A DNA stretch of 64,000 bases from Pseudobdellovibrionaceae bacterium (GCA_039810425.1 JBDHWW010000009.1:1-64000), one strand, 5' to 3'; counted from the first letter of the stretch, positions 29,535 to 40,242 are shown. A program made the numbers and translations. Notes: generated by a model from the sequence alone, not told the origin.

Positions 29535-31917
29535 TTTAAAACCTGTTTCTTCTTATACGGCCTCCGAAGTTTCGGGGGCCGAAAAGTTTTCGCCGGCGCT
29601 TTCCCACTACGCCGGATTCAGTTTTTCCCCGGAACAAAGCCGTCATCAGCAGCGAACCTCCTTATGGATGGCCGCCGCTCTTGCCACGATCCTTGAGACG
29701 GCTGGCTCCAAATCCGTTTGTCTTGCCTGGAGCCAGTTTGCGAATAAGCTTCTGCAAGACGTCTTTACGGAGTGCTTCGGCCAAAGCGCCGTCGCGCTTT
29801 TTGCGTTAGGTAAGCTTGGTTCGCAGGAGCTGAATTTAAGTTCAGACGTGGATTTGATGATCATCGCGCGGGAAGCCGATACTCAGCACTTAAAATCTCT
29901 CCGCCTTTTTCAAAAGATACTGACTGAAAAAACTTCCCGCGGATTTCTTTTCCGTGTCGACTTTGATCTTCGACCCGGTGGGCGCCAGGGCCCGCTGATT
30001 CCTACTCTGGAGCAACTGGTGGATTACTACGGAAACTACGGCGAAACTTGGGAGCGTCTCGCGTTTGTGCGTCTCGTGGGGGTCGCAGGAGACCCGGAAG
30101 TGATTTCACAGGTCTCCGCTTTTGCGAAAAAATTCACTTACCGCAAACACCTCGATTATACGCTGTTAGAAGATCTAAAATCCATGCGTGCTAAGATCCG
30201 CCAGCACTATTCTCCGAATTCGACAGACTCCGTTTGGGATCTCAAACTCGGTGTCGGTGGCATTCGCGATGTGGAGCTTTTCGTCCATGCGATGCAAGTC
30301 ATTCATGGCGGTAAAAATCCAAATCTGCAAGTGGCCTCAACAGATCAAGCGCTGACTTTGCTGGAAGAAACTAAAATTTTCCCTGCAGTTGATGCCCAGT
30401 TCTTAAAGAACCATTATTGGCGACTTCGCCAGCTGGAAAACTTCGTTCAAGCTCAGGGCGATGAACAGACTCACCTGCTGGAAAAGCGCACATCGTTGCC
30501 AAGTTGGGGCGCGGCCATCACGGCGAATCTAGAACGAGATTTCGCCCGCTGTGACCAGATCGTCAGCACGCTCCTAGGTAAAGCCTCGGACAAATTGACA
30601 ACCGTGACCATGCAAACCACCCCGTCGCAAGAAGTCTGGCGGGAAATTTTGCAGATCGAAGCCCTTTCACGCCACAAAGAACGTGATGAGCAGGCCCGCT
30701 TGCAATTTCTCAACGAATTCTATGAGACCCTCGAGAAACAAAAAGGCGATACAGACAGAGCTCTTCAGCATCTGAAAGAATTCATTAAATCAACCCGTGC
30801 AAAAGCCAGCTTCTTTACTTTGCTGGTGCGTAATAAGAATTTGATGGATGAACTTGCTTGGCTTTTTGGCCACTCGCCTTACCTTTCACAGATTCTGAGC
30901 TCCCGTCCAGAGCTCATTGACAGCTATGTCTATCGTTCTCAGGAACTGCAGACGGATGACTTGTCCGTTTTGCTTGAGCAACTCGTCGAAAAACGCCTGC
31001 TGGGTGAGCTGATCAACGGCTCTCACTATTTAGAAGATAAAAATATCGAGGAACTCCAAGCAAATGTCAGTGCGACGGCCGATGAGATCACGACAACCCT
31101 CCTTGAAGAGCTGAAAAAAGAGTTCCCTTCAAAAATCGAAATTCTCTGCCTCGGCAAATGGGGCGGAAAAGAACTGGGCTTCCGCTCAGACCTGGATTTC
31201 ATCTTTGTAACTCCCAATGATCCTACTGAAACCGATGGTAAGATCGCACGCCGTTTTATCAACCGCCTCACCGAAACTCGAAAGGGCGGCAGCATCTATG
31301 CGATTGATACCCGCTTGAAGCCTTCAGGCAAAGCCGGGCCGTTTGTTATTTCAGAACAACAGCTTTTAGAATATCTCAATAACGAAGCCCAACCTTGGGA
31401 ACGCCAAGCTTATTTGAAAGCGCGTTGGCTGAATCCGCACAAAGAAAGCCTTCAATCGAAACTCCAGAAAAAGCCACTCACCGAGGGGGATTTACAAGAG
31501 CTCGAAAAAGTCCGTCAAGGACTCGCACGGTTTGCCCCCAACTCCATCGATTTGAAATATGCCGAAGGCGGAATGCTGGATATTGAGCTCTTTTCGCAAG
31601 CGGAAGTGCTGAGTAAATTGATCTCTCTCAACGGTCCGAGCACGATGAGTTTCCTCTCTGAAATTTCTGGTTCTCAGCCCTTGCAACGTCATTACCTACG
31701 GCTGCGTCAAATAGAACAAATGCTACAACTCGTGTCGACGGAGGGCGGCGCAAAAGTGCAAATAAATCATGAATCATTTCAGCAGCTTGCTAAGGCGCTC
31801 CAAGTAACTCCGCAAGCGCTTGAAAACGAACTAAGTTTACTAATCTCTGAGAATTTACAAGTACTTAATCGGCTTGACCCCCGTAGACGGTCAAAGATAC
31901 TAAATCCTAGCTCATAA
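29488..31917 (+). CDS. glnE: Bifunctional glutamine synthetase adenylyltransferase/deadenylylase (true start probably downstream of 29534)
   Basis: Two nucleotidyltransferase motifs, [17 protein letters not shown] and [33 protein letters not shown] and [10 protein letters not shown]. Confidence 0.9.
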   Translation: MMRTITNQSGLITLNSLKPVSSYTASEVSGAEKFSPALSHYAGFSFSPEQSRHQQRTSLWMAAALATILETAGSKSVCLAWSQFANKLLQDVFTECFGQSAVALFALGKLGSQELNLSSDVDLMIIAREADTQHLKSLRLFQKILTEKTSRGFLFRVDFDLRPGGRQGPLIPTLEQLVDYYGNYGETWERLAFVRLVGVAGDPEVISQVSAFAKKFTYRKHLDYTLLEDLKSMRAKIRQHYSPNSTDSVWDLKLGVGGIRDVELFVHAMQVIHGGKNPNLQVASTDQALTLLEETKIFPAVDAQFLKNHYWRLRQLENFVQAQGDEQTHLLEKRTSLPSWGAAITANLERDFARCDQIVSTLLGKASDKLTTVTMQTTPSQEVWREILQIEALSRHKERDEQARLQFLNEFYETLEKQKGDTDRALQHLKEFIKSTRAKASFFTLLVRNKNLMDELAWLFGHSPYLSQILSSRPELIDSYVYRSQELQTDDLSVLLEQLVEKRLLGELINGSHYLEDKNIEELQANVSATADEITTTLLEELKKEFPSKIEILCLGKWGGKELGFRSDLDFIFVTPNDPTETDGKIARRFINRLTETRKGGSIYAIDTRLKPSGKAGPFVISEQQLLEYLNNEAQPWERQAYLKARWLNPHKESLQSKLQKKPLTEGDLQELEKVRQGLARFAPNSIDLKYAEGGMLDIELFSQAEVLSKLISLNGPSTMSFLSEISGSQPLQRHYLRLRQIEQMLQLVSTEGGAKVQINHESFQQLAKALQVTPQALENELSLLISENLQVLNRLDPRRRSKILNPSS
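29558..29581 (+). terminator. Possible hairpin/terminator after tolB
   Basis: CGGCCTCCGAA-gt-TTCGGGGGCCG stem just after the tolB stop; lies within the 5' end of the long glnE ORF. Confidence 0.35.
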
Positions 31918-31939
31918 GCATTTTTATGAAGGAGTTTGT

Positions 31940-32668
31940 GTGATTAATCGCATTCATCTTAAGAAGATTTTGTGGATCTACGTTTTGGCCTTTATCTTAA
32001 CGGCCTTCAGTTTCCACTCAAAAGCAGAAGAGAAGGCAGCAGCCCCAACGGATACTAAAAAAGTAATAGAAGCAGAAGGCAAAGACAGTAAAGAGACTTC
32101 AAAAGCGAAGAAAAAAGATAAGCAGTCCAAAGTGACGGAAAAAGACGAAAAAAAAGGAAAAGACATGATCGCAGTATTCGAAACTAACAAAGGCACATTC
32201 ACAGTTAAGCTTTTCGCTGATAAGGCTCCAAAAACAGTTGAGAACTTCGTAGGCCTTGCTAAAGGCACTAAAGAGTGGACTGATCCTAAAACTGGCAACA
32301 AAGTTAAAAAGCCATTCTACGATGGTTTGAAATTCCACCGCGTAATCCCTAACTTCATGATCCAAGGTGGCGACCCACTTGGAACTGGCACGGGCGGCCC
32401 AGGCTTCCGTTTCGAAGATGAGTTCCCCGCGGACGCTCCAAAGCACACAAAACCAGGCATCCTTTCTATGGCAAATGCCGGCCCCAACACAAACGGTTCC
32501 CAGTTCTTCGTCACGGTGGCCGCAACCCCTTGGTTGGATGGCAAACACACCGTATTCGGTGAAGTGATCGAAGGTATGGATGTTGTCGACAGCATTTCGA
32601 AAGCTCCAACTGGAGCAATGGATCGCCCCGTTGAAGACATCACAATCAAACACCTAACTATAAAATAG
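31940..32668 (+). CDS. Cyclophilin-type peptidyl-prolyl isomerase with signal peptide and Lys-rich linker
   Basis: [29 protein letters not shown] and HTVFG motifs; RBS AAGGAG. Confidence 0.93.
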   Translation: MINRIHLKKILWIYVLAFILTAFSFHSKAEEKAAAPTDTKKVIEAEGKDSKETSKAKKKDKQSKVTEKDEKKGKDMIAVFETNKGTFTVKLFADKAPKTVENFVGLAKGTKEWTDPKTGNKVKKPFYDGLKFHRVIPNFMIQGGDPLGTGTGGPGFRFEDEFPADAPKHTKPGILSMANAGPNTNGSQFFVTVAATPWLDGKHTVFGEVIEGMDVVDSISKAPTGAMDRPVEDITIKHLTIK

Positions 32669-32688
32669 AGGGTACGCCGTACCTTTTT

Positions 32689-32719
32689 CAGATGCACCCC
32701 GTTGTTTCGGGTGCATCTG
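32689..32719. terminator. Perfect 11-bp inverted repeat between convergent genes
   Basis: CAGATGCACCC-N9-GGGTGCATCTG. Confidence 0.55.
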
Positions 32720-32759
32720 CCGGGAAGAGAGCCAACCTCCGGACAAAAGCCGCGACTTT

Positions 32760-33557
32760 TTACGGCAACTCGTTTAAAGAAACTTGCGCTTTCTTGATAC
32801 TTTCATCGGTTTCACGCCAGTCCCTTCTGAGGTCGCTCAGCCTTGAACGGATGTCGTCCATTTTTGACCAAAGGGCGGTGCGGCGACTACGAATGTAAAA
32901 GGCTTCTTCACAGACGGTCTTGAACTCGTTCTGCTTGCTGGATTCATTGTAAACACTTTGTGAGTGGCACTGCTGAGCATTTGAAGGCAGCGTCGAATAC
33001 TCGCTTTGAAGGTTGCTTTCGGTCTGAGCGTAGCTTGCTTCTAAAACCCTAATTTTCACAAGGCTAGCGCCTTGTTCTGTAATATAAGAAGTGAGATATT
33101 CTCTGCGTCCTTGATAGAAGCCTGGTAAGAAGACCTTTTCCTGCTCTGGAGAGCAGAGATTTTGATAGATCTTTCCCGCTTTACCAAAAGCATATCCTTT
33201 TTCTTTCGTACAGTAGGTCAGGAGGCCCTTTTGATAGAGGCTTTTCATCTGATTCATCTCAAGCCCATCGCAGAATTTAAAGAACACCGGGACGCCTTCT
33301 TTGGCCCGGCTATATATTTCGTCATACTGACACATTTTTTCGCGGCCCTGCTTGAACCCTAGATCCAATTGCACTGCGCTTGTTAAATCGAGCTTTTTAC
33401 AGGCCTTCACGAATCCGTCTTCTTCGAGATATTTTCCATCGAAAGCCACTTGCTGAGAGTAATTAAACCAGTTGGTTTTTTCACACCGATCTTTAAGCTC
33501 CCAGTTTGAACAACCCACCGTTAACAGAACTAAGAACCCGCCTAAAATATGTCTCAT
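32760..33557 (-). CDS. DUF2799-like lipoprotein with C-terminal coiled coil
   Basis: Lipobox VGC; CxxTNW...DG; repeated Y/F-x-x-G-(R/L)-x-x-x-C segments. Confidence 0.65.
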   Translation of the reverse strand: MRHILGGFLVLLTVGCSNWELKDRCEKTNWFNYSQQVAFDGKYLEEDGFVKACKKLDLTSAVQLDLGFKQGREKMCQYDEIYSRAKEGVPVFFKFCDGLEMNQMKSLYQKGLLTYCTKEKGYAFGKAGKIYQNLCSPEQEKVFLPGFYQGRREYLTSYITEQGASLVKIRVLEASYAQTESNLQSEYSTLPSNAQQCHSQSVYNESSKQNEFKTVCEEAFYIRSRRTALWSKMDDIRSRLSDLRRDWRETDESIKKAQVSLNELP

Positions 33558-33659
33558 AATGAAATTCTACTACTACAAATCAGAATGTCACACATCTAAC
33601 AAGGGACGAACAAATTAGGGCCAAGTCCCACTTTGAGACATCTCTAATCGAATCTAACC

Positions 33660-33675
33660 AGGCATCGGCTTTGCT
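33660..33675 (+). promoter_or_regulatory. Sigma54 (-24/-12) promoter
   Basis: AGGCATCGGCTTTGCT is GG-N10-GC with TTGC; RBS AGGAG and ATG 33717 follow. Confidence 0.6.
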
Positions 33676-33716
33676 TGATACCTTTGTAGGCATCCATATG
33701 TGTTTTAGGAGATCCT

Positions 33717-36530
33717 ATGAGCTGGTCCAAAATCATTGCTATTTACTTTGTAATAGCCCAAATGGTCTTGGCGCCTGCTATTTCTCGTGCGGTCACTCCG
33801 GGTCTTGAAATTGAAGACGGCAAACTGACCCAAGAGGGTCAGAAAAGTGCCGCTGCATTTTCTAAATACGCAGCAAAGATGAACTACGAATCTCGTTTGG
33901 ATCTTAAAAATAATAGAATGTACTTCGTGGACCAAGAAACTAAAAAAGTCGTCGGTGAAGTCGCTCTTCGTGACCAAAAATCCTTGATGGAATATTCGCC
34001 GAGGATGCTGAACTCTAAATTTCGTTCAGCCATAGCACTCTTGAAAACTGCTAGTAAAGAATCCACCATGCACGCCATGAAGTCATTTCCGGTGGAGTCT
34101 GCCGCTTTCTTTCTTGCTTTGGGTGGCATGACAGCTATTCAGCTTTTGACCAACTATGCTGATAACCCGGTAGGAATGAAACAACATATTGAGCACAGCC
34201 TTTCTCCCGTAGGTCAATTGGGTTTCTTCATGTTTATGTATTCACAAGGTGTTACTGGGAATGTCTTAAATATGTGGTTGAAGCGTCCAGCACTCGGTAT
34301 ACCGATTGGTATGCTTGGCATGACTGTCGGTATGGCGGTTCAAGGCTATTTCAGCCAAGTGGTTAACGATCCGCACATTCGCGCATGTACAGCTGCTATA
34401 TTTAAAGGTGAAAAGGCTGAGGGCCTCGATAGTCCTTGCGATAGCGCTTACAAGTACCTCGTGGTAGATAAGAAAATCCTTGAAGGGCCGGGTATCGCTT
34501 CGCTTTTGGGTTCATTCTTGGTGGTCACTGGCACGCGTTTGTTAGCTGGTGCCATGCTAAAAGCTGTCGGTATCGAGTTGACGACATTGCTTATGCCTGG
34601 CGGTCTTGAGGTGAAAGGCGTACGCTGGTTGGTTGCGCTCGCCTCTAGCGGCGTAAGTGCGGCTGCCTTCACCGTTGTTCAAATGAAATTGGAACACTAC
34701 ATTTCTTATGCTTGGAAAAACTATTTCGACGGAAAAGAGTTTGTCGGCATCAACGATAGCCTCGTCGCGGGTATCGAGGCACAAAAGAAATCTCAATGGT
34801 CTGGCAAAACCGACGAGCTCAATCAAGATCTCAGGGACTTCTCTAAAAAGATGGGCGCTTGGCGTATAAACAATCTTTCAGAAGCGTACATGGCACACCA
34901 AGCTTGGGCTGACTTCTTAGGAGAGCTGACTTCGAACTATACTGCTTCTTTCAACTTCTACGATGTTTATGTCAAAGAACTTCTATCTCCAAAAGATTCT
35001 GGTATTGACCGTCTCTATCCGCTTTATGGCGTAAAACCTAAGAACCTGGCAGACGGAAACGAAAACAACTATTTTACTCGCCCCGAGCGCATTGAAATGA
35101 TGCAAATTGAAACCGCGAAAGATGTTGGCGCCTTCATCGCCGAGAACTTGCAAAATGGCCGCTATAAACAATTAGGCCTTGTAAAATATCAAACAGATAT
35201 CATGACTAAGATTCAAAACGGTCTTATTTCAGGTGACGCCCCCACTCAAGGCAAAGCGATTCTCGAGCTGAATAGTGCCCGCCGAAAATATTTCCAAGCA
35301 GGTGTAGGCTCCATGGATTGGGAATTCAGTCGCGAACTCTATAGAGTGGCGTCAATGCTGGGTGAACCCAATCCCATGTTTGAAAAGGGGCGCGGCTTTG
35401 CAGCAACGATGATGATGTCTCCCGGCATGATGGAGCCCTATAAAAACGTGCAGTTGGAAAAATACAATGGCTTCTTTAAAACGCCAACGGTTGCTGACTA
35501 CTTCATTGTACAAATGATGTGCGGTCCAGACGTCACGAGAAATGAAAAAACGATCAGTATTTTTAAAGGCTTTCCTGCGAAGTTTAGTGCACCAACAATC
35601 ACTTTGGAAGACGCCGCCAAAGACAGACTCTGCCATGGTGCCACTGCCAACGCAATTGGCGCCGAGCGCTTGTACAACTTGCCTGTGGGTACCTACAAAA
35701 CGGCTCCTGACTTTTTACGCGGAAATATCAATCCAGAAGTTAGCAAGGACTTTGACAAGTGGTGGGAAGATCATACTGAAGCTGAGATGAAAGCGGCTTT
35801 TCAACGCTTCGGTCAAGATTACAAAGGCATCATCGCTAAACTCTATAAAGGTTTGAATGAAACTAAGAATAGCTCGTGGAACCATGGTTTGATTTCAAAC
35901 GGTGCGATGCTTGCGGCCTTCCAAGAAGCACGCATGTACTCGCTCGTATTAGGTGAAATTTTGAAAGACACTTATAAGGCGACCAATAAAAAAGATTTGC
36001 CTCAGCAGTACTTCTCTCCAGAATTAGATCCTGATACAACTGTCACTGTTGCTTCGTATAATATGAGTAAAAAGCCCGTGCTAGCTTACCTTGCGTATGC
36101 GCCTCGCTTCGATTTCACTACGCTGACAAGCAGAAATCCAAATGCAAACGTTCGTAGTTTGAAAATTCAAAAGGAACTCGACAGTCAGTTCGCTCTGATG
36201 AATATCCTCATTCAAAAAGCAAGAACTCAATACGTTAAAACTGCAGAGTACCAGAATCGACTGAATGAGATTGAAAGTACATTGACAGAGTTCAGTGATC
36301 TTCTGGGAATTAAAAAATCTCAAAAGGCCGAAGCTGGCTTCTCAATGCCTGCGGTTCCAGGTTCTGAGACTGCGACTGAGCCTTCGAATTCACTTGTGAC
36401 GTTGAAGGACGACCAGAGGACGCTGGCCGTTACTTGTCTAGAACTTCTACAGTCACTGAGCCAAGAGCTGGTGATGTACGGAAAAATGGCGGGAACTGCG
36501 ACCTATCCGGAACTAAAAAAATTGGAATAG
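33717..36530 (+). CDS. Large exported hypothetical protein (937 aa) with N-terminal Gly/Ala-rich hydrophobic helices
   Basis: Signal peptide; about five hydrophobic segments in roughly residues 125-325; helical remainder; no family recognised. Confidence 0.8.
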   Translation: MSWSKIIAIYFVIAQMVLAPAISRAVTPGLEIEDGKLTQEGQKSAAAFSKYAAKMNYESRLDLKNNRMYFVDQETKKVVGEVALRDQKSLMEYSPRMLNSKFRSAIALLKTASKESTMHAMKSFPVESAAFFLALGGMTAIQLLTNYADNPVGMKQHIEHSLSPVGQLGFFMFMYSQGVTGNVLNMWLKRPALGIPIGMLGMTVGMAVQGYFSQVVNDPHIRACTAAIFKGEKAEGLDSPCDSAYKYLVVDKKILEGPGIASLLGSFLVVTGTRLLAGAMLKAVGIELTTLLMPGGLEVKGVRWLVALASSGVSAAAFTVVQMKLEHYISYAWKNYFDGKEFVGINDSLVAGIEAQKKSQWSGKTDELNQDLRDFSKKMGAWRINNLSEAYMAHQAWADFLGELTSNYTASFNFYDVYVKELLSPKDSGIDRLYPLYGVKPKNLADGNENNYFTRPERIEMMQIETAKDVGAFIAENLQNGRYKQLGLVKYQTDIMTKIQNGLISGDAPTQGKAILELNSARRKYFQAGVGSMDWEFSRELYRVASMLGEPNPMFEKGRGFAATMMMSPGMMEPYKNVQLEKYNGFFKTPTVADYFIVQMMCGPDVTRNEKTISIFKGFPAKFSAPTITLEDAAKDRLCHGATANAIGAERLYNLPVGTYKTAPDFLRGNINPEVSKDFDKWWEDHTEAEMKAAFQRFGQDYKGIIAKLYKGLNETKNSSWNHGLISNGAMLAAFQEARMYSLVLGEILKDTYKATNKKDLPQQYFSPELDPDTTVTVASYNMSKKPVLAYLAYAPRFDFTTLTSRNPNANVRSLKIQKELDSQFALMNILIQKARTQYVKTAEYQNRLNEIESTLTEFSDLLGIKKSQKAEAGFSMPAVPGSETATEPSNSLVTLKDDQRTLAVTCLELLQSLSQELVMYGKMAGTATYPELKKLE

Positions 36531-36586
36531 ATCTTGAAACAACTATTAATTGTTAAACTGAACGCCCAGTGTGATGGAGTTTTAAA

Positions 36587-37303
36587 ATGAAAAAGAAACA
36601 TATCATAGGAATGATGATCGTGGCTTCGATGCTTTCTTTCAACGCTTTCGCGGGCATGACCGTCGTGAAAAACGTAAAAGAGGTTATCGTTGAATACATG
36701 AAAAAAATGGATGACTTCAAAGCCGCAGTAAAAAATGGAAAAATTAAGGCTTCTAGCCTGGAAACTGCTGACGCTCTGAAAGAGCAAGATAAAGTCATGG
36801 ATAACCTCGGCCTCACTAACAAAGACAAAAATACTCTTAGAACTTACATTTCTTCTGGCAACGTTCTGAAGGTAGATGTTATCGGTACATTAAACGTGTT
36901 GTGGGCGGCTAAAAAAGGAACTGTAGGTAAGACAGATGCTGAGGCAGTTTCGATCAGTAGCTTCGTAGACTCCGCGATAAAATTTCTTACTAACGTGGAT
37001 TTGATCGGTGAAAAGAAAAGCTCCACTAAGTTGTCTGAAGCCGAGTTCAAAGAGACGGCCGAGGCTTTAAATAAATTAGTCACAATACTTGATAATCCAT
37101 TGTCCTACGAAATTAAGGAAAGAGACAACTACACCGCTATGTTAAACAAGTTGAGTGAAAATGCGCTTACTGCCGAGTCAATCAACTTAGCTTTGGTTGA
37201 GGCTGTCATGGCTACGGCTAAGGGCCCTGACGGCAAGGTGGGCGTTTCAAAAGAAAAAGCGATGGAAATCATTCGCAACATCATCAACTGTCTTAGCCGT
37301 TAG
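36587..37303 (+). CDS. Secreted helical hypothetical protein (238 aa)
   Basis: Signal peptide ending AFA; RBS GGAG; followed by a terminator. Confidence 0.8.
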   Translation: MKKKHIIGMMIVASMLSFNAFAGMTVVKNVKEVIVEYMKKMDDFKAAVKNGKIKASSLETADALKEQDKVMDNLGLTNKDKNTLRTYISSGNVLKVDVIGTLNVLWAAKKGTVGKTDAEAVSISSFVDSAIKFLTNVDLIGEKKSSTKLSEAEFKETAEALNKLVTILDNPLSYEIKERDNYTAMLNKLSENALTAESINLALVEAVMATAKGPDGKVGVSKEKAMEIIRNIINCLSR

Positions 37304-37304
37304 T

Positions 37305-37340
37305 AAAAAAAAGCCCTCCGAAAGAGGGCTTTTATATTTT
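37305..37340. terminator. Bidirectional intrinsic terminator
   Basis: AAAAGCCCTC-cgaaa-GAGGGCTTTT with A- and T-runs on either side, between convergent genes. Confidence 0.85.
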
Positions 37341-38660
37341 CTAGCTATGCCATTTCACACTGCGCTTTTCTTTAATGAAGATTGCTCCGATGAGGGCCGT
37401 GATGAGCGCTACACAGATCGGATAAATCAATCCTGCAAAGTGGTTTCCGGTTGAAGCCACAATCGCTGTTCCGATGAACGGAACCAACCCCCCGAAGACA
37501 CCGTTGCCAATATGGTAAGGCAAAGACATCGACGTATAGCGAATATGTGTCGGGAAAAGTTCGACCAGAAACGCCGCAATGGGGCCGTACACCATCGTTA
37601 CGTAAATCACTTGAATAAACACTAATACTGTTAACATTGTGGTCTCTGGCCCGTCCGATAAGGTCGCATAGTGTTCCATCCCCTGATAGATCGGAATGTA
37701 TGTCAAGGCCGCGATCACCATCCCTGTAAGCATAATTTTCTTTCTGCCGATTTTATCGGATAGCCAGCCAAAAAGAATAAAGAACGGCGTTCCGAAGAGC
37801 AAGGCGATCGCAATAATTTTATTTGCTAGAACGAAGTCCACTTTGAGAACCGTTTGCAAGAAATAAAGCGCATAGAACTGACCTGTATACCAAACCACCC
37901 CTTGGCCCGCCGTCGCACCAAAGAGTGCCAATATAACCAGGTTTCTATTCTCGGGAACCAAGAAGCTATCGCGCAGGGGGCTTTTTGAGACCTTCCCGCT
38001 GGATTTCATTTCCAAGAAAACCGGAGACTCCGACATACGACGGCGAATCAAATAGGAAAAAATCACAAGGACAATAGACAACAGAAAAGGCATCCTCCAT
38101 CCCCAGTCTTTAAATGTATCTTCTCCGAGTCCCAGACGAGTCGCCAGAATCACACCGAGGGATACAAACAAACCCAATGTCGCGGTTGTTTGAATATAGC
38201 TCGTGTAGTAGCCGCGCTTTCCATCAGGACTATGTTCAGCAACGTAGGTAGCGGCGCCACCGTACTCTCCCCCCAAAGCAAGACCTTGCAGCAAGCGAAG
38301 TAACAAAAGGCAGATCGGTGCGAACAAGCCAATCTGCTCATAGTTTGGCAAAAGACCGATTGCTGTTGTTGAAAGGCCCATAATGATCAGGGTCACCATG
38401 AAGGCATACTTTCTGCCGACGACGTCGCCAACACGGCCAAAGACCAAGGCCCCGAACGGGCGCACGATAAATCCCGTCGCGAAGGTCGCAAGAGTGCTTA
38501 GAAGTGCAACCGTTGGATTGTCCTTAGGAAAAAAATGGGCGGCAATAATCGTCGCGAGTGAGCCGAAGATATAGAAGTCATACCACTCAATCAGAGTGCC
38601 CGCACTGGAGGCGGCGATGACCTTCCAAATATTTGTTACCTCTTTGCTTTTCATAAACAT
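37341..38660 (-). CDS. MFS transporter, metabolite:H+ symporter (MHS) family
   Basis: EWYDF, RPFGALVFGRVGDVVGRK, GGEYGGA, WGWRMPF and ELFPT motifs. Confidence 0.93.
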   Translation of the reverse strand: MFMKSKEVTNIWKVIAASSAGTLIEWYDFYIFGSLATIIAAHFFPKDNPTVALLSTLATFATGFIVRPFGALVFGRVGDVVGRKYAFMVTLIIMGLSTTAIGLLPNYEQIGLFAPICLLLLRLLQGLALGGEYGGAATYVAEHSPDGKRGYYTSYIQTTATLGLFVSLGVILATRLGLGEDTFKDWGWRMPFLLSIVLVIFSYLIRRRMSESPVFLEMKSSGKVSKSPLRDSFLVPENRNLVILALFGATAGQGVVWYTGQFYALYFLQTVLKVDFVLANKIIAIALLFGTPFFILFGWLSDKIGRKKIMLTGMVIAALTYIPIYQGMEHYATLSDGPETTMLTVLVFIQVIYVTMVYGPIAAFLVELFPTHIRYTSMSLPYHIGNGVFGGLVPFIGTAIVASTGNHFAGLIYPICVALITALIGAIFIKEKRSVKWHS

Positions 38661-38739
38661 CCCTCCATAAGATTTTTATAGAGTGAACGCTCAAATCCGT
38701 CAGTGACGGCCGCAAGAAGATTTGATGAAAAAATAGGCT

Positions 38740-39486
38740 CTATTTAGGTTCGTCCGTCACAATGAGAACTTCGATGCGACGGTTCTCTGCTCGATGCTCG
38801 GGAGTATCATTAGGAACTAATGGCTTCTGATCCGCATATGAAATCGCGGCCAGCCGCTTCGGATCGATGTTTTGATACTTTATAAGATAGCGGACAACAC
38901 TCGTCGCGCGAAGGCTGCCAAGCTCCCAGTTGCTGGCAAATTTATCTGATTCGGCCGGCTGGTCATCGGTGTGACCTTCAATAATGATTTTTCTATCGGT
39001 TTCCTTAAGAAGCGCACCGAGTGTATTCAATGTTTCGAGAGCCGATCGCTTCATTTTGAATTCGCCCTCAGGAAACATCGCTGAAGCTGCGAGAGAAACA
39101 CGGACTCCCACAGCGTCATGACGGACCTCCAAGCCCAGCGCTTTTTGTGCATCGGCATTGATTTGCCTGCTTAGATATCTTGCTGTGTAGTCGGCGGCCT
39201 CGGCACTCTTGCCTTGTTTCGGAAAACCCTGTGACCCTTCGGTCCCTTGCAGATGTTCCGCAATAATTTCGCCAGCGTCAGGAACTTGGCCTGAGCGCTT
39301 ATCCGCGCTGCCACCGCTTAACCGAAGGTTGAACCGGACGGAATTCTCAAATTCTTTCTGCTTGTCGACGTTATTTGTCGAAGTTGCGTACATAACCACA
39401 AAAAAAGCAAAAAGCAGAGTGATAAAGTCAGCATAAGAGACCAGCCATCTTTCATGATTTTCATGCTCTTCATGACGTCTCCTCAT
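38740..39486 (-). CDS. motB: Flagellar stator protein MotB
   Basis: WLVSYADFITLLFAFFV (conserved Asp); OmpA-like IEGHTD, SNWELGSLRA and NRRIE. Confidence 0.93.
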   Translation of the reverse strand: MRRRHEEHENHERWLVSYADFITLLFAFFVVMYATSTNNVDKQKEFENSVRFNLRLSGGSADKRSGQVPDAGEIIAEHLQGTEGSQGFPKQGKSAEAADYTARYLSRQINADAQKALGLEVRHDAVGVRVSLAASAMFPEGEFKMKRSALETLNTLGALLKETDRKIIIEGHTDDQPAESDKFASNWELGSLRATSVVRYLIKYQNIDPKRLAAISYADQKPLVPNDTPEHRAENRRIEVLIVTDEPK

Positions 39487-39492
39487 CCTTCC

Positions 39493-40242
39493 TCACTTAA
39501 GATCGTGAGCGATCGCTCTTAATTTCTGGTCAATCAACATAGTACTGAGCGATGAGCTAATTAAAAGCCCGCCTTCCAGGAGAACTCTTCTTTCCTTCAT
39601 ACGCAGTGCAATTTTCTTTCTAATTTTATTCGAAATCGGCAAGAAGATCAGATTGGCAAAGCCAACGCCATAAATCGTCGCCACGAACGCAACGGCAATC
39701 CCCGCACCAAGCTTACTAGTGTCAGAAAGATTTCCCATGACGTGGATCAAACCAAGAACCGCACCAAGAATTCCGATCGTCGGCGCAAAGCCGCCGGCAT
39801 CACTCCAAATTTTTGCCGCGGACAACAGCTCATCTTCTTCGGCATGCAATTTATTTTCGAAAATTTCTTTGGTCATCGCCGCGTCCGTGCCGTCAACGAT
39901 CACTCGCAACATGTCTTTAATCAGGGGATCTGTCGCCTTAGGGATTTTAGCTTCTAGCGCCATTAGATTTTCTTTACGAACCGTGCGCGCGTAATCGACC
40001 ATCTCGTTGATTTTGTATTCAATATCACTCTCTTTTTCAGAGAAAGCCTCACCCGCCAAACGAAACCCGAGTTTGATATCTTTAGAGTTATTCGACACCA
40101 TCACCGCGCCCAAAGTCCCCGCGATCACAATCATTGCAGCGGTTCCTTGCATCAAAGAACCGACCTGACCACCATCAAGCGCATTCGCCAGAAGTATCCC
40201 ACCAACGCCAATAAGTAATCCAAACCACGTCGCTTTATCCAT
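39493..40242 (-). CDS. motA: Flagellar stator protein MotA (likely start MDKATW)
   Basis: GGFAPTIGILGAVLGLI and IAVAFVATIYGV motifs. Confidence 0.92.
   Translation of the reverse strand: MDKATWFGLLIGVGGILLANALDGGQVGSLMQGTAAMIVIAGTLGAVMVSNNSKDIKLGFRLAGEAFSEKESDIEYKINEMVDYARTVRKENLMALEAKIPKATDPLIKDMLRVIVDGTDAAMTKEIFENKLHAEEDELLSAAKIWSDAGGFAPTIGILGAVLGLIHVMGNLSDTSKLGAGIAVAFVATIYGVGFANLIFLPISNKIRKKIALRMKERRVLLEGGLLISSSLSTMLIDQKLRAIAHDLK

Noticed and set aside
38740..40242. motAB away from flagellar genes as a ZorAB defence system
   Set aside because: Sizes and motifs are those of a canonical flagellar stator; there is no long ZorA tail and no zorCDE
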